A DNA stretch of 64,000 bases, taken from the IMG/VR virus record IMGVR_UViG_3300033567_000021, one strand, 5' to 3'. The notes beneath the pieces were generated by a model. That model was not told the DNA's origin. It ran no database searches and saw only the letters and a program-made list of their open reading frames with translations. Position numbers and translations under genes: made by a program. The stretch is from a virus. The stretch's first letter is position 1; each line of letters starts with the position of its first letter. Positions 19,114 through 28,953 of the stretch are shown here, in pieces.

Positions 19114-19644
19114 CTACCCTTCTTCAACTTGTACATTTGCAGTTTGGAGATATGCGATTGAAGATTGACGAATAACCAACTCGTTGAAGTTGGCGTAGAG
19201 AGAAGCGCGATTGAACCACTGACCATTGAACAATTCCGGTGTCCGTATCGCCACCGGAACGTCAGTTACCAGCGCGATATTATTCGCAGATAGGGTGGAA
19301 AGAGTTGAGTCTAGGAATAAACCCGAACGAATGACGTCGACGTTGTCTGCTGCGTTTGGACCATAGAGCGTCCACGCCACGCGAATGCCCATTGTGTAAG
19401 TCAGGTTAGAGTTCGCGTTGTTGGCGTCGAGTTCGGTGTAGTCTGTCTGAAGTTGTCGAGTATACGTATTGTCGGTTGGGGTTATGGAGATGAAACAGAT
19501 ATCCTGCGATATGGACCAACTAGGCGCTCCATCTGGAATCCAGTTGATACGCACTACACTCGGGTCTGTTGTCCCCAGCAGGCTACTCGTAAGAGACTGA
19601 AATATGTTTTCAATCTGCGCGATGGTCAAAACTGTATCAGCCAT
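19114..19644 (-). CDS. Neck / tail terminator protein
   Basis: Position before sheath; WTLYGPNA, PELFNGQWFNRA. Confidence 0.7.
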   Translation of the reverse strand: MADTVLTIAQIENIFQSLTSSLLGTTDPSVVRINWIPDGAPSWSISQDICFISITPTDNTYTRQLQTDYTELDANNANSNLTYTMGIRVAWTLYGPNAADNVDVIRSGLFLDSTLSTLSANNIALVTDVPVAIRTPELFNGQWFNRASLYANFNELVIRQSSIAYLQTANVQVEEG

Positions 19645-20009
19645 TATGGTGTCACCTCAGTCGAAGGATCCATCTTGACGGCGATGACCTTGTAATAACC
19701 GTAATCCGCAAACGCAAAGAGTTGCATTGCCCTCCACCGGTTCCCGCGCCATTCGATTTCGTCCGAAGTACCAGTCGCATCTGTAACGATGAGTTGAGAG
19801 GTTGAATAGACGGAAATCGCGCCCTTTTGCCGATCGCCTTCAGGTATCTGTTCAAGGTCATCGGAAGTAGAAACTGTAATGACACCGCGCACGGTTATTG
19901 CCGATTCAGTCGGTGTCCACCTACCCGCCACAAACGAACCGCCTTTACGGTACACGGTGAACGATTGGGATAGGCGAGGACTATTGACGATTCTGCCGAC
20001 GTTCATCAT
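19644..20009 (-). CDS. Head closure protein
   Basis: Position; GGSFVAGRW, LEQIPEGDRQKG, ADYGYYK. Confidence 0.7.
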   Translation of the reverse strand: MMNVGRIVNSPRLSQSFTVYRKGGSFVAGRWTPTESAITVRGVITVSTSDDLEQIPEGDRQKGAISVYSTSQLIVTDATGTSDEIEWRGNRWRAMQLFAFADYGYYKVIAVKMDPSTEVTP

Positions 20010-20677
20010 GGTTTCTTCGCCACCACATAAGTAATCGAATTGCGTAGATTGGCAGTATCGATGTTTGGTCGTGCGCTATTCTTACCTTTGATAAATTTCT
20101 TTCCGTTCTTGCCCGGTTTACTGCCTTTTATTGTGACCTCTGAATTCGGTGGCCAAAGGTTCAGCGGATTGTAAAACCAGTCTTTTGCAACCCTTACCCC
20201 GTATTCACCCGCAACGCGTAAAGCATTGTGTATATCGCCGCCACTCAGCGCGGCCTTTGCAACCAAGCTGAGTTTTTCAGCTATCTTGTCCTTGCTGTTT
20301 TCGATAGACGGTTCCAACACAGGACGAGGCGGTGAATGCCATAGTGGCGATCCATTCTCATGAAGGTACAGGTCATAAGCCGCGCTGTAAGGCATGCCAT
20401 CGGTCATGTTTTGGGAGAACTTATCAAAATCCCGCATGACAGGCATACCACCAGGCGTAAGACCCATGTATTCGTTCATTTCTTCGCGCATTTCCTTGCT
20501 TCGGACACCATGCGTTAAGATGTACATGAGTTCGGGGTTGGTAATGTCCTCGTGGCTTCCGACGTCCCCTTCGGGGATACCAACGTAGACATCGACGCTT
20601 CCAAGAGACTGGAGTGATTGTTCGATTTGCTTGGTCAAGTCCTTTTGTGTGCTGACCTTCGCCAACGCTTTCAGCAT
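20006..20677 (-). CDS. Virion morphogenesis/neck protein (HK97 gp10-like)
   Basis: VYVGIPE, PPRPVLEP, PNSEVTI..K, IDTANLRNSITY. Confidence 0.75.
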   Translation of the reverse strand: MLKALAKVSTQKDLTKQIEQSLQSLGSVDVYVGIPEGDVGSHEDITNPELMYILTHGVRSKEMREEMNEYMGLTPGGMPVMRDFDKFSQNMTDGMPYSAAYDLYLHENGSPLWHSPPRPVLEPSIENSKDKIAEKLSLVAKAALSGGDIHNALRVAGEYGVRVAKDWFYNPLNLWPPNSEVTIKGSKPGKNGKKFIKGKNSARPNIDTANLRNSITYVVAKKP

Positions 20678-20689
20678 CCAATCACCCCT

Positions 20690-21181
20690 TTACCAAATCC
20701 CCATGCCACCCATGCCCACCATCTTCGCAAATGTCGCTAACTGTTTTCCGTATTCTGTCGAGTTCCATGACGCCCACCCATCAACACTTGATATGTTCGC
20801 ATCAACCGAGTACGAAACATCACCTACAGATTCACCTGTAAGCACGCCTTGCGCGCGCCCGGCTTCAAACACCGCAGCAGCACCGCTATTCGGGTCCGCT
20901 GTCGTTTCGAGATACAGCGTGCAGAAGTGGGCAATATACAGCCCCATAGCAAGCTGCCACGCGCTACGCCAACGTTTCTGCTGAATGCTCGCATTGGCCA
21001 TGGTGAGGAATGTCTGAATCACGGCTGTGGGCACGACAGGAGTACCTTGCGCGTTGTTCCCGAACTGCGGATAGAACGCGGTGAAGTCTGTTATCGCATA
21101 GGGCGGATTCGTGCCTTGTCGAAGATTCGACGCGTCACCGAAATCAACAAATGAATTGGAGAACGAGTAACCTTGTCCCAT
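20690..21181 (-). CDS. Head-tail adaptor (DUF4054-like)
   Basis: FTAFYPQF, LYIAHF, ESVGDVSYS, WNSTEYG. Confidence 0.85.
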   Translation of the reverse strand: MGQGYSFSNSFVDFGDASNLRQGTNPPYAITDFTAFYPQFGNNAQGTPVVPTAVIQTFLTMANASIQQKRWRSAWQLAMGLYIAHFCTLYLETTADPNSGAAAVFEAGRAQGVLTGESVGDVSYSVDANISSVDGWASWNSTEYGKQLATFAKMVGMGGMGIW

Positions 21182-21183
21182 GA

Positions 21184-21435
21184 TTATTCACTCGCTTCGG
21201 ATTGCGACTTCCTACCCTTTTTCGGAGTGTTGGCCTCTTCTTCGGCAACCTTCTCTGCTGATTTGGTTTCCGTGACCGAAATATCTCCATCATTACTTGC
21301 CAACTCAAACATTCTTGAGTGTGCTACCCAATCCGGAACATCCGAAAAAGAAAGAGCCCGCGTAAAAACGGGCTCTGCAGCATCTCTTCCTTGCGGATGG
21401 TCGAATCGGAAAGATTTTTTTGTAAAAATCCTCAC
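21184..21435 (-). CDS. Small head-associated protein
   Basis: Directly after major capsid; VPDWV motif. Confidence 0.6.
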   Translation of the reverse strand: MRIFTKKSFRFDHPQGRDAAEPVFTRALSFSDVPDWVAHSRMFELASNDGDISVTETKSAEKVAEEEANTPKKGRKSQSEASE

Positions 21436-21447
21436 GATACTTCCTCC

Positions 21448-22461
21448 TTAGATACCATCCATGTACAGACATGGTTCGTTGTAAAGGAATTTCACCTCTG
21501 AAAACTGAGCGGCGAAGTTGGTCAAGTAAGCCATCTCGCGCACATCTGGCTGGGTCATGACACGGGACAACGGAACGGTGAGGTCGATGTTGATGCGATC
21601 CTCATCGTTCACGTAGCCCATCATGCGGTCCGTTCCGCCGGCGCCAGCACCTGTGCACCAACGCGAAGGCACGATGACGACATCAATGCCTTGGTTGCGA
21701 CCGATGTTGTTGTCGAGCAAGAACTGCAAGATGGACTGACTGCCGGCACTCGTCACAGGTTGTCCGACGATATAGGCATACTGTGCAGGCGGAATAAGCA
21801 GATGATTCGACATACCGGTCAAGTCATACTGCGAATTTTCCCAGGTTGTATTGACGAGCGTGTTCACGTCGTTCAGAATCTCCTGCGGTGTTTTCTTCGT
21901 CCATAGCGGACTACCAGAAGCACCGTTGACAGCCGTGGTTGCGGTGACATTCGGGTTGTTCAAGAGACCTGTCGTTCCGAAATCCGGATAGCCAAGATAG
22001 ACAAGGTTGTCGAGAGACTTGTTGTAGTTCAGTCGAATACCCTTGTCCAAAATGTCATTGAGCGAACGACCGATGCCATGCATCTTCTGCTGGTCAACGA
22101 ACGGCACTTTCAAGATGTTTGAAAAGGTGAATACCTTCCAAATATCTTTGGCCATGTTCGCTTGGATGATTGGAATGTCGTTGGATTGACCTCCGACGAT
22201 TCCGTTACCTTGACCACCAGTCGTGCCGTAATCCACGCCATATTGCGATGTGAATTCAGACCATCCACCACCAGTGCGTGCCACGATGTCCCGGGGCCAT
22301 GTCACAGACTGCAACGGTTCTAGTAAGCGAGGGTCCCGCTTCTCTAACTCCGCGTTCAGAAATGCCATACCAGTGCCGATGGCAGCGGCGTCCATCGTCA
22401 TCGAACCGCTTAGTCCGGGTACAGTGTATTGTTGCTCGGGCAACTTGATTGCTGTTGTCAT
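21448..22461 (-). CDS. Major capsid protein (DUF2184-like)
   Basis: FLNAELEKRDP, GTTGLLNNPNV, WTKKTPQEILND, YMDGI. Confidence 0.9.
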   Translation of the reverse strand: MTTAIKLPEQQYTVPGLSGSMTMDAAAIGTGMAFLNAELEKRDPRLLEPLQSVTWPRDIVARTGGGWSEFTSQYGVDYGTTGGQGNGIVGGQSNDIPIIQANMAKDIWKVFTFSNILKVPFVDQQKMHGIGRSLNDILDKGIRLNYNKSLDNLVYLGYPDFGTTGLLNNPNVTATTAVNGASGSPLWTKKTPQEILNDVNTLVNTTWENSQYDLTGMSNHLLIPPAQYAYIVGQPVTSAGSQSILQFLLDNNIGRNQGIDVVIVPSRWCTGAGAGGTDRMMGYVNDEDRINIDLTVPLSRVMTQPDVREMAYLTNFAAQFSEVKFLYNEPCLYMDGI

Positions 22462-22479
22462 ACGGTCAATTCCTCCTTA

Positions 22480-23220
22480 TTACGCCTTACTCCGGCTCAA
22501 GATGGTCAATTCTGCAGTGAGATTCGCGTCGATACTTCCGGTTTTCCATTGGACACTGGTCAATTGGACGGAGTTCGCTCCATCGGCGACAGCTTCGAAT
22601 CCACCAACAACCGCATTCGGGAACGCAGCATTGGTTGCAACACGCACCCACACGGAACCTCCGGCCACAGGCGTGCCATTTTGGCATGTAACTGTGATGG
22701 AACCGCGTTGCAATGCGTCGCAAGGTTGAGTGGCGGTATAGGAGCCGCCCTGTGTCTGGAGCAAATAGTTTGTGGACTGTTTGACCTCACGAACAGCGAT
22801 ACCGGCGAATTGGGACGCCACGTTCGTAACAGTTACCGCCGTACCGACCGCATAGGCTGCGCTCGTAGTGAACGAAGCTACGCTAATAGTCGTTGCACCG
22901 GCATCAGCATCAGCATCGACAGTCGTCGTCTGCGCGCCGAGAGTGACCGTTGCACCAGATTGAATTGCATTACTCAGGGCGGCCACTGTTAGAGAGGTGT
23001 ATGCGGTGCCGGTTGCAAGTGCCGTTTGAAGGGTCGTAGCGACCGCACCAAACGCGGAATATGTGTTGTCTTGGTTGAGGGCAACAGGAGCACCAAAGTT
23101 AATAGCAATCGTGTCGCCTACGCTTACTGCGCGGTTCTCGATGATAGCGTCTGCACTACGCGAGACGCTACCTGGATATCCGAGGTTTAATGTTTTACCG
23201 ATTACGCTTCCAACTGCCAT
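22480..23220 (-). CDS. Capsid cement/decoration protein
   Basis: GYPGSVSR, FGAPV, FAGIAVREVK, LQRGSITV, GGFEA; between scaffold and capsid. Confidence 0.8.
   Translation of the reverse strand: MAVGSVIGKTLNLGYPGSVSRSADAIIENRAVSVGDTIAINFGAPVALNQDNTYSAFGAVATTLQTALATGTAYTSLTVAALSNAIQSGATVTLGAQTTTVDADADAGATTISVASFTTSAAYAVGTAVTVTNVASQFAGIAVREVKQSTNYLLQTQGGSYTATQPCDALQRGSITVTCQNGTPVAGGSVWVRVATNAAFPNAVVGGFEAVADGANSVQLTSVQWKTGSIDANLTAELTILSRSKA
22831..23037 (-). repeat. Shared ~70-aa virion domain, copy 4 (cement aa 62-130)
   Basis: TTLQTALATGTAYTSLTV...SFTTSAAYAVGT. Confidence 0.9.
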
Positions 23221-23238
23221 CTATAAACGCCTCCTTCA

Positions 23239-24534
23239 TTAGGCTTGGTTCTTGTAGTGAGGGTTGAACTTCTTCGCCCACTTGCGACCAAGTTCAGATT
23301 GGTCAACTTGCTTCTGTTCCGCCTGCTTGTCGGATGCTTTCTTGCGCGCGCCGTTCTGCAAATTTGCATACGTGTTACTCGGGCGTGCAGGACGACCTTT
23401 CACAGCGGCGAGTGCAGCGTCTGCAACACGTTTCTTTTCAGCAGGGTCCTTGATTGCGGCGATAGCCGGCTTCATCTTTTTAAGGAACGCCACAGCGGCC
23501 GCACTATCTTTCGCCGTGAATCCGTTTTTCGGACGGTCTTCAGGGTCAGCGATAGGACCTTCTTCGTCGTTCGTTGGCTCGATGGTGTGCGAATCTTCAT
23601 CGCCTGGTGTTTCTTCCGGATCCTCCATCTGTGCAATGGCAGCATCAATCGCTTTTTCCGGGTCCTCGTCTGCCGCTTTCGGAGCGAGTGCCTTTTGCAC
23701 GAGTGCGGTCAACGCCTCGACCTGCTGACGGAGTGCTTCGATGCCTTGCACATCTTCTGGAGTAGCGTCCTTGCTTGCGCTCTCTTGCGTAGTTGGTACA
23801 GGGAAATCATTCCCCTCATCCTTGCCGCGCTCATCGGCGTAAGCGTCCATAGCCTCCATCACTTCATCTGGCTCTGCGTCCATCGCTAACGTTTTCAGCC
23901 CTACCGCTGCCAAAAAATTTGTGACGCGAGATTGCTTTTGACGCGGAACTTGCAACTTCTTCGTCATACTTGTTTCCCTCGCTTTCTTATCTTTCATGGT
24001 TTTTCGGACACTCTTCGTGTCGTTAATCCGCACCCTGTCACCTGCGCGACCTGAGTCAACGACAGCGACATGGTTGCCGACAATTCCGGATTGAGAATAG
24101 GTTCCATCATCATTGTCGGTGTAGTCACACTCGTATCCGGCAGAGACTTCTCTCTTACCGTTTTGAATATCGTGAATAAGTTGTTCGTCGTAAATAATTA
24201 AATCTGCGAGCAACAGGTCATCATCTTCTCCCTTGCCGCGCCGGACGTTCGAAGTCGTTCCTTTGATGTATGTTGTAGCGTTGTTTGGCATGACGCCTTC
24301 TGGTGGATGGTTGTTCGTGACCGGCTTTCCTTCAAACGAGGCCATAGCAGCAGGTGAGAAAACCTCGTCTGGGGACCGATAAACTTCAACCGGTTCGTTA
24401 TGATCCAGTCCGATTTCACTCCCCATGTACGTTTGCGTGCCGGTTCTTGCAATAGGCACGTTATGCGCAATCAGAAATCCGTCAGGCGTCATGGTTTGGT
24501 TCTGACTAATGCGCGAACCAAAGTATGCCTTCAT
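23239..24534 (-). CDS. Capsid maturation protease/scaffold (DUF2213-like)
   Basis: TPDGFLIAHNVPIARTG, EVSAGY, GNHVAVV..GRAG. Confidence 0.88.
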   Translation of the reverse strand: MKAYFGSRISQNQTMTPDGFLIAHNVPIARTGTQTYMGSEIGLDHNEPVEVYRSPDEVFSPAAMASFEGKPVTNNHPPEGVMPNNATTYIKGTTSNVRRGKGEDDDLLLADLIIYDEQLIHDIQNGKREVSAGYECDYTDNDDGTYSQSGIVGNHVAVVDSGRAGDRVRINDTKSVRKTMKDKKARETSMTKKLQVPRQKQSRVTNFLAAVGLKTLAMDAEPDEVMEAMDAYADERGKDEGNDFPVPTTQESASKDATPEDVQGIEALRQQVEALTALVQKALAPKAADEDPEKAIDAAIAQMEDPEETPGDEDSHTIEPTNDEEGPIADPEDRPKNGFTAKDSAAAVAFLKKMKPAIAAIKDPAEKKRVADAALAAVKGRPARPSNTYANLQNGARKKASDKQAEQKQVDQSELGRKWAKKFNPHYKNQA

Positions 24535-24561
24535 GTACTTTTCTCACCTCCTTAAAGGCAT

Positions 24562-24585
24562 AAAAAAATAGCCCTTTGAGAGGGC
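24562..24585 (-). terminator. Hairpin + T-tract between MuF and scaffold genes
   Basis: Minus strand gccct-ctcaa-agggc-TATTTTTTTATGCC. Confidence 0.6.
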
Positions 24586-24592
24586 CTTTGAT

Positions 24593-25450
24593 TTATACCG
24601 CTATACTCGGACTCCACAGCCTTTCGAATTGTTTCCGTGACATCGATTGAATGGAACCACCGTAATACACTTTGCATGGCCACTGGATGAAGTCTAGGTC
24701 AATCAGTGGCTCCGCATAGCACCTGCAATTCCATATGCATCCCGCCTGATACGTCCCGACACTACGTTTATCGTCTAACTTCTCAGGACTCGGCGGGTCA
24801 CTCCATGCTATGAGTACCTTGTCCATTATGCGGTGGCTATCACGCACCCGTGCATCTTGACTGGTACTCCATCGATACCACTTGATGCCCATCATTTCGC
24901 TTCGTGACTGCGTGAGGGCTGTTGCGGTCTTTGCGGTCTCAGTACGCGCAATGAGGTTTGCTTTGACTTCTGTCATATGCGGATACAGTGCATGCAGATT
25001 CTTCGCGATGTCCGTATAGCGCAGACCCGACACCGACTGACTCATGATGTGTTCGGTCATCTGTCTGGCTACGTCCGATGGAACCGACTTGATATACTGC
25101 GCGTTCGCTTGAATCTGTAGTGACATCGCATGTCCAAGAGGACCTTTCATCTCTTCCATGAGAGCGTTGTATACCATGCGGCCTTGGCTATTCACTTTGG
25201 CAGCCTGACGCCATGTGCGCCCAGCGTCCGTGAATAGATGCGTGACCATCTTCATCGCTGTGGCTTCGGCATACGACTGGAACCACGGGTCGTTTGTTGC
25301 TTCAAACAGACGCCTAATGATTTCGTTTGGATCGTCTAATCCAATCAGGGAGCCCCCAAGCTTTCTCATCGCCCGTTGGATTGCTTTCTTGTATTCCCGT
25401 TCTATTCGGAGTTTCGGTTGCCATAGTGGGCTTGATTCCCGAGAAGGCAT
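24593..25450 (-). CDS. Phage head morphogenesis protein (Mu gpF / SPP1 gp7-like)
   Basis: LIARTETAK, WSTSQDARVRDSH, WNCRC. Confidence 0.9.
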   Translation of the reverse strand: MPSRESSPLWQPKLRIEREYKKAIQRAMRKLGGSLIGLDDPNEIIRRLFEATNDPWFQSYAEATAMKMVTHLFTDAGRTWRQAAKVNSQGRMVYNALMEEMKGPLGHAMSLQIQANAQYIKSVPSDVARQMTEHIMSQSVSGLRYTDIAKNLHALYPHMTEVKANLIARTETAKTATALTQSRSEMMGIKWYRWSTSQDARVRDSHRIMDKVLIAWSDPPSPEKLDDKRSVGTYQAGCIWNCRCYAEPLIDLDFIQWPCKVYYGGSIQSMSRKQFERLWSPSIAV

Positions 25451-26900
25451 CTGGTGGTATCACCTCACCTTGTGATGTTGAGTCATCAGCCTGTTCGATA
25501 TCCTCGTCCGTGATGTTTGTGAACATGCCGGTGCTTTCGGACATCTGTTGAAGTTCCTTCAGCACAGTCTTCTGCGACAACAATCCGCTTTGGAACAGCG
25601 TGTTCAGAAGCGTTCCCTTCTTATCAACGAGGTCCGCTAAGTCTTGGTCGTTCGGCTCTTGAATCGGGTTGTAATCGTAATCCAAGTCGTCCGGAACGTA
25701 TCCGAGTTCAGACATGCACATGATGGGGAGCAACTTGTCCAATATAGGCGATAAAGTGGACTCTTGAGACTGTTGAACGGTATCGTAATAGTTCTGCATG
25801 TCGCTTTCTCCAGTGGCATTCATTCCGGCTGAAGACCGCCCGAATAACTTTGTGACGGGTATCTTACACGCGCCTGCCAAGTCCATCATGAAACTTTGAT
25901 AGATGTCGTTGATACCGGCGAACGTGTATTGGAACTGTTGGAACTCGTCTAATTCACCAATGAGCTGTAGCCCACCATTGGACATCAACCAGTTCTGCGA
26001 TTCCTTGACGTTGTAGAAGTCCTGTTGCATCTGTTGGTCTCCGAGGGCATTCAGGGCATCGAGACCGTGTATCTTCATAAAACGGAGATTTGCCATAAAC
26101 GACAAGTTCAATATGTTCCATGACATATTGTCGCGTTTCTTCAGTTCCTCATAAACAACCTCTACCTCAGATGCTCCCCATGATGCTTCGGCGAGTTGTT
26201 CCCAGTAAGGGAGCTGTCGACCAACGAAGCGAATAACGCGACTGTGGTGGACGCGCTGTAAAGAACCGTCTCCAAGCGTGAGTTCGTAGTAGTTCGGCAA
26301 TCCGAATTCGACGTCGTTCAAATCCTGTACGGATTCATCAGATGGGTAGGCCCCGGTCCATCTATCGATAATCATCAGGTTCTTGAAGCTACCTGGCATG
26401 ATGGTATCAAAGTCAATCGCCTTGTCGAGTTGGTCCTCTTGCCCTTCAATCATGATGAGACCGACCGCGCCGCCGTATAATCGTCCCCACTTGAGACCGT
26501 GCAGGATATGTTGTTTCAATCTCCTAGTGCGCCACAATCGTTCAATCTTCCCGATTTCCGCCGGTTTGAGCGATGACCGAATGCGTATCCAGTTCCTTGT
26601 CATATCTTCCGGTATCGTGTCAATTACGTTACGCACAATCCAGTTGTTCCGATACAGGCTGTTCAGGAGCGCGTAGTCATTGGTCAGCCGGGTGAGTGGA
26701 TACTCTGTGCCTTCGGATATATTCGGAGTCCCGAAACCCATACGCGCAATCGGGTTGCTAAACGAGTCTCGCATCACCATGCGCTGCAGGATGGCGAGTG
26801 CCTTTTCATCTGTCACAATTCCTCTTGGTGCATTATCTCGAACCTGTTGCGCGGAGATTGGAGGATTTTTTGTTTTGCTTCTATTCCGTTTACGCGACAT
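25314..26900 (-). CDS. Portal protein (DUF1073-like)
   Basis: LYRNNWIVRNVID..PEDMTR, WGRLYGGA, IPVTKLFGRS..GMNATGESD..NYYD. Confidence 0.9.
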   Translation of the reverse strand: MSRKRNRSKTKNPPISAQQVRDNAPRGIVTDEKALAILQRMVMRDSFSNPIARMGFGTPNISEGTEYPLTRLTNDYALLNSLYRNNWIVRNVIDTIPEDMTRNWIRIRSSLKPAEIGKIERLWRTRRLKQHILHGLKWGRLYGGAVGLIMIEGQEDQLDKAIDFDTIMPGSFKNLMIIDRWTGAYPSDESVQDLNDVEFGLPNYYELTLGDGSLQRVHHSRVIRFVGRQLPYWEQLAEASWGASEVEVVYEELKKRDNMSWNILNLSFMANLRFMKIHGLDALNALGDQQMQQDFYNVKESQNWLMSNGGLQLIGELDEFQQFQYTFAGINDIYQSFMMDLAGACKIPVTKLFGRSSAGMNATGESDMQNYYDTVQQSQESTLSPILDKLLPIMCMSELGYVPDDLDYDYNPIQEPNDQDLADLVDKKGTLLNTLFQSGLLSQKTVLKELQQMSESTGMFTNITDEDIEQADDSTSQGEVIPPDAFSGIKPTMATETPNRTGIQESNPTGDEKAWGLPDWIRRSKRNH

Positions 26901-26913
26901 GCGGAACCCCCTT

Positions 26914-28152
26914 TCAGCGGTGATGTATGCGTCTATCTCTGATGATGGTATTTACGTAATAACGGAGTGCATCTAAAGTGTGGTCATTTTGCTTTATCGG
27001 CTTTTCTTCGCCGCGTAAAGACGCTTTTTCGTCCCAAACGTAACCCGCCACTTCTTTCAAGAAGTTCGGGCAGTTGCGGCGATGAACGCGTATTTTCCTC
27101 TGCGCTATCAACGTCGATACCTTTCGAATGCCTTCAAGCACGTCGTTGTTGGCATCCATGACACGCAAACCACGATTACGCACAGCGACCTTGAAACTGG
27201 CAGCAGAAGGGTCGATGATGTTGTATCTCGGAGTGTCTTCTCCAATGAACTTCACTAGGTCTTCAGCATACTCCGCATCGTCCTTTTGTCGGCTTGTCTC
27301 ACGCCCTGAATGGTAATACTCATTCATCATCCACACTGTATCTCCGTCATCCCATATATCGAGGAACACCGTGGCATTCTGTGTTCCATAGTCAATCGGG
27401 ATGTATCTACGCGCTTTGTATTTATATCCCGCAGGAATATCCTCATCGTCAAAGGTGTTCTCGGCCTTATCCCACATGTCGTAGATGGCACCCTGGGCGA
27501 CGACCCATTTGCCTTCAATCATGCGAAGATACCAGAAACCTGTATAAGCGTTGCGAATGAATTCTTTATACTCTTCGTCCAGATTGGGATTATCGTCGAG
27601 GTTGAAGTGATACGTTCGCACCATGCCACTTTTCAACTTTTCTTCGTCGGTAATGAACTCTGTATATAGGTAATGGTAAGGTGTGTCAGGATTTGTTGTG
27701 GCGTATAATCTCGCGCCTTTGACAGATAGACGATTAAGCAGTTGTTTGAAGAACTTCTCAGGCATCAACGAAACTTCATCACAATAGGCGCCGGCTAATG
27801 TTTTACCACGCAAGAACTTCTCGGATCCCTCATCCTTTGCGCCGATAACCTTAATTTTCCGGCCGTACATTTGAATGAGGCCCGTCTGTACGTTGTACTT
27901 GTAGTTTGCTGACCCTACGGTATCAAACAGGTCTTGCAGAACGTTATCGTTGATGGTTTCCTTCGAAACCCCCGTGATAACGAGTAGACCTTTTGGGCCT
28001 TTCTTGATGTAGTTAATCCACTTTGGGATCATGCCAACCGTTTTCCCGGAACGGACCGAACCTTCAAGGATATTAATACGTGCGTCCCTTTCGATCGGAT
28101 TCCAAATGAACGAGAGGATTTTGCTGCCGAACAAACCGAATTCCATCCTCAA
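26914..28152 (-). CDS. terL: Terminase large subunit
   Basis: Walker A EGSVRSGKT, Walker B YCDEV, TTNPD, IDYG, DHTLDALRY. Confidence 0.95.
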   Translation of the reverse strand: MRMEFGLFGSKILSFIWNPIERDARINILEGSVRSGKTVGMIPKWINYIKKGPKGLLVITGVSKETINDNVLQDLFDTVGSANYKYNVQTGLIQMYGRKIKVIGAKDEGSEKFLRGKTLAGAYCDEVSLMPEKFFKQLLNRLSVKGARLYATTNPDTPYHYLYTEFITDEEKLKSGMVRTYHFNLDDNPNLDEEYKEFIRNAYTGFWYLRMIEGKWVVAQGAIYDMWDKAENTFDDEDIPAGYKYKARRYIPIDYGTQNATVFLDIWDDGDTVWMMNEYYHSGRETSRQKDDAEYAEDLVKFIGEDTPRYNIIDPSAASFKVAVRNRGLRVMDANNDVLEGIRKVSTLIAQRKIRVHRRNCPNFLKEVAGYVWDEKASLRGEEKPIKQNDHTLDALRYYVNTIIRDRRIHHR

Positions 28153-28871
28153 TCACTCCGGAACTTTTCAGCGCTCTTTTCTAACGCCTCAGTCAGCTGG
28201 TCGATGTTTCCACCGTCCGAACCATCAGGTTTGTCCGCAACATCAATTTTGTGTCTCAATTCAATCATTTTTGCTTTCTTGTCCTGGACCCGAGTCAACG
28301 CCTCTTCAATGCGCTGTATCCTATCAACGGACGCCTCGCTGTTTTTAGTTTTGCTCGTCCCGGTACCGAACTGCGGATTATCCTGTTCAGATTCCGATGT
28401 ATCTGATACGACCATTTCGGGACCGGCTTGGAGTAGCTGAATTCGAAGCAACATGCGTCGTTCGCGAATTTCCAACAATCGAATCTCCTGCTCAATTTGC
28501 GCAATGACATCAGTGTTGACGGTATGAAAAAGGACGCGTTCCTCAATGTCGAGTGCGTCCATCCATATGGTTTCGTGTTCACCTGTAACTACAGCCTTCT
28601 TGTTACCGGCGGGCCCACCAGAGCCGCCGAGGTTACCAACGGCGTTTTTATTTCCTTTAGGAGCACCAGAAACGCGTTTAGTAACGTTACCCTTTGGTTT
28701 GGTAACGTTACCTTTCAATCGTTCATTCCACTTGTCTTGATTCTTCCATTTGCGAATTTGAGAATCAGAAACCGTGAGCTCCGCTGCGATTTCTTTGAGT
28801 AACATTTTTCCGTCGCTATTACGCCACATTTCAAATGCAAGTTGACGATTAGGACTGCGTTCACGAGGCAT
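28149..28871 (-). CDS. terS: Terminase small subunit
   Basis: N-terminal HTH (IAAELTVSDSQIRKWK), GAPKGNKNA, overlaps terL start. Confidence 0.9.
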   Translation of the reverse strand: MPRERSPNRQLAFEMWRNSDGKMLLKEIAAELTVSDSQIRKWKNQDKWNERLKGNVTKPKGNVTKRVSGAPKGNKNAVGNLGGSGGPAGNKKAVVTGEHETIWMDALDIEERVLFHTVNTDVIAQIEQEIRLLEIRERRMLLRIQLLQAGPEMVVSDTSESEQDNPQFGTGTSKTKNSEASVDRIQRIEEALTRVQDKKAKMIELRHKIDVADKPDGSDGGNIDQLTEALEKSAEKFRSD

Positions 28872-28921
28872 TACATGTCACCCCACCCCCATATGTTGGA
28901 TTGAGTTGGTTTTACGTGGAC

Positions 28922-28947
28922 AAAAGAAAAACCCACCGAAGTGGGCC
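28922..28947 (-). terminator. Intrinsic terminator upstream of terS
   Basis: cccac-TTCG-gtggg-TTTTTCTTTT. Confidence 0.8.
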
Positions 28948-28953
28948 TTATTG

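Noticed and set aside
9089-23037. Shared domain as intein, DGR target or invertible cassette
   Set aside because: No intein splice residues or homing nuclease, no reverse transcriptase, no adenine-specific variation, all copies in the same orientation, and no second recombinase.
25314-25450. 137-bp portal/MuF overlap as a frameshift or assembly error
   Set aside because: Both genes have complete conserved cores; the overlap is in the disordered portal tail.
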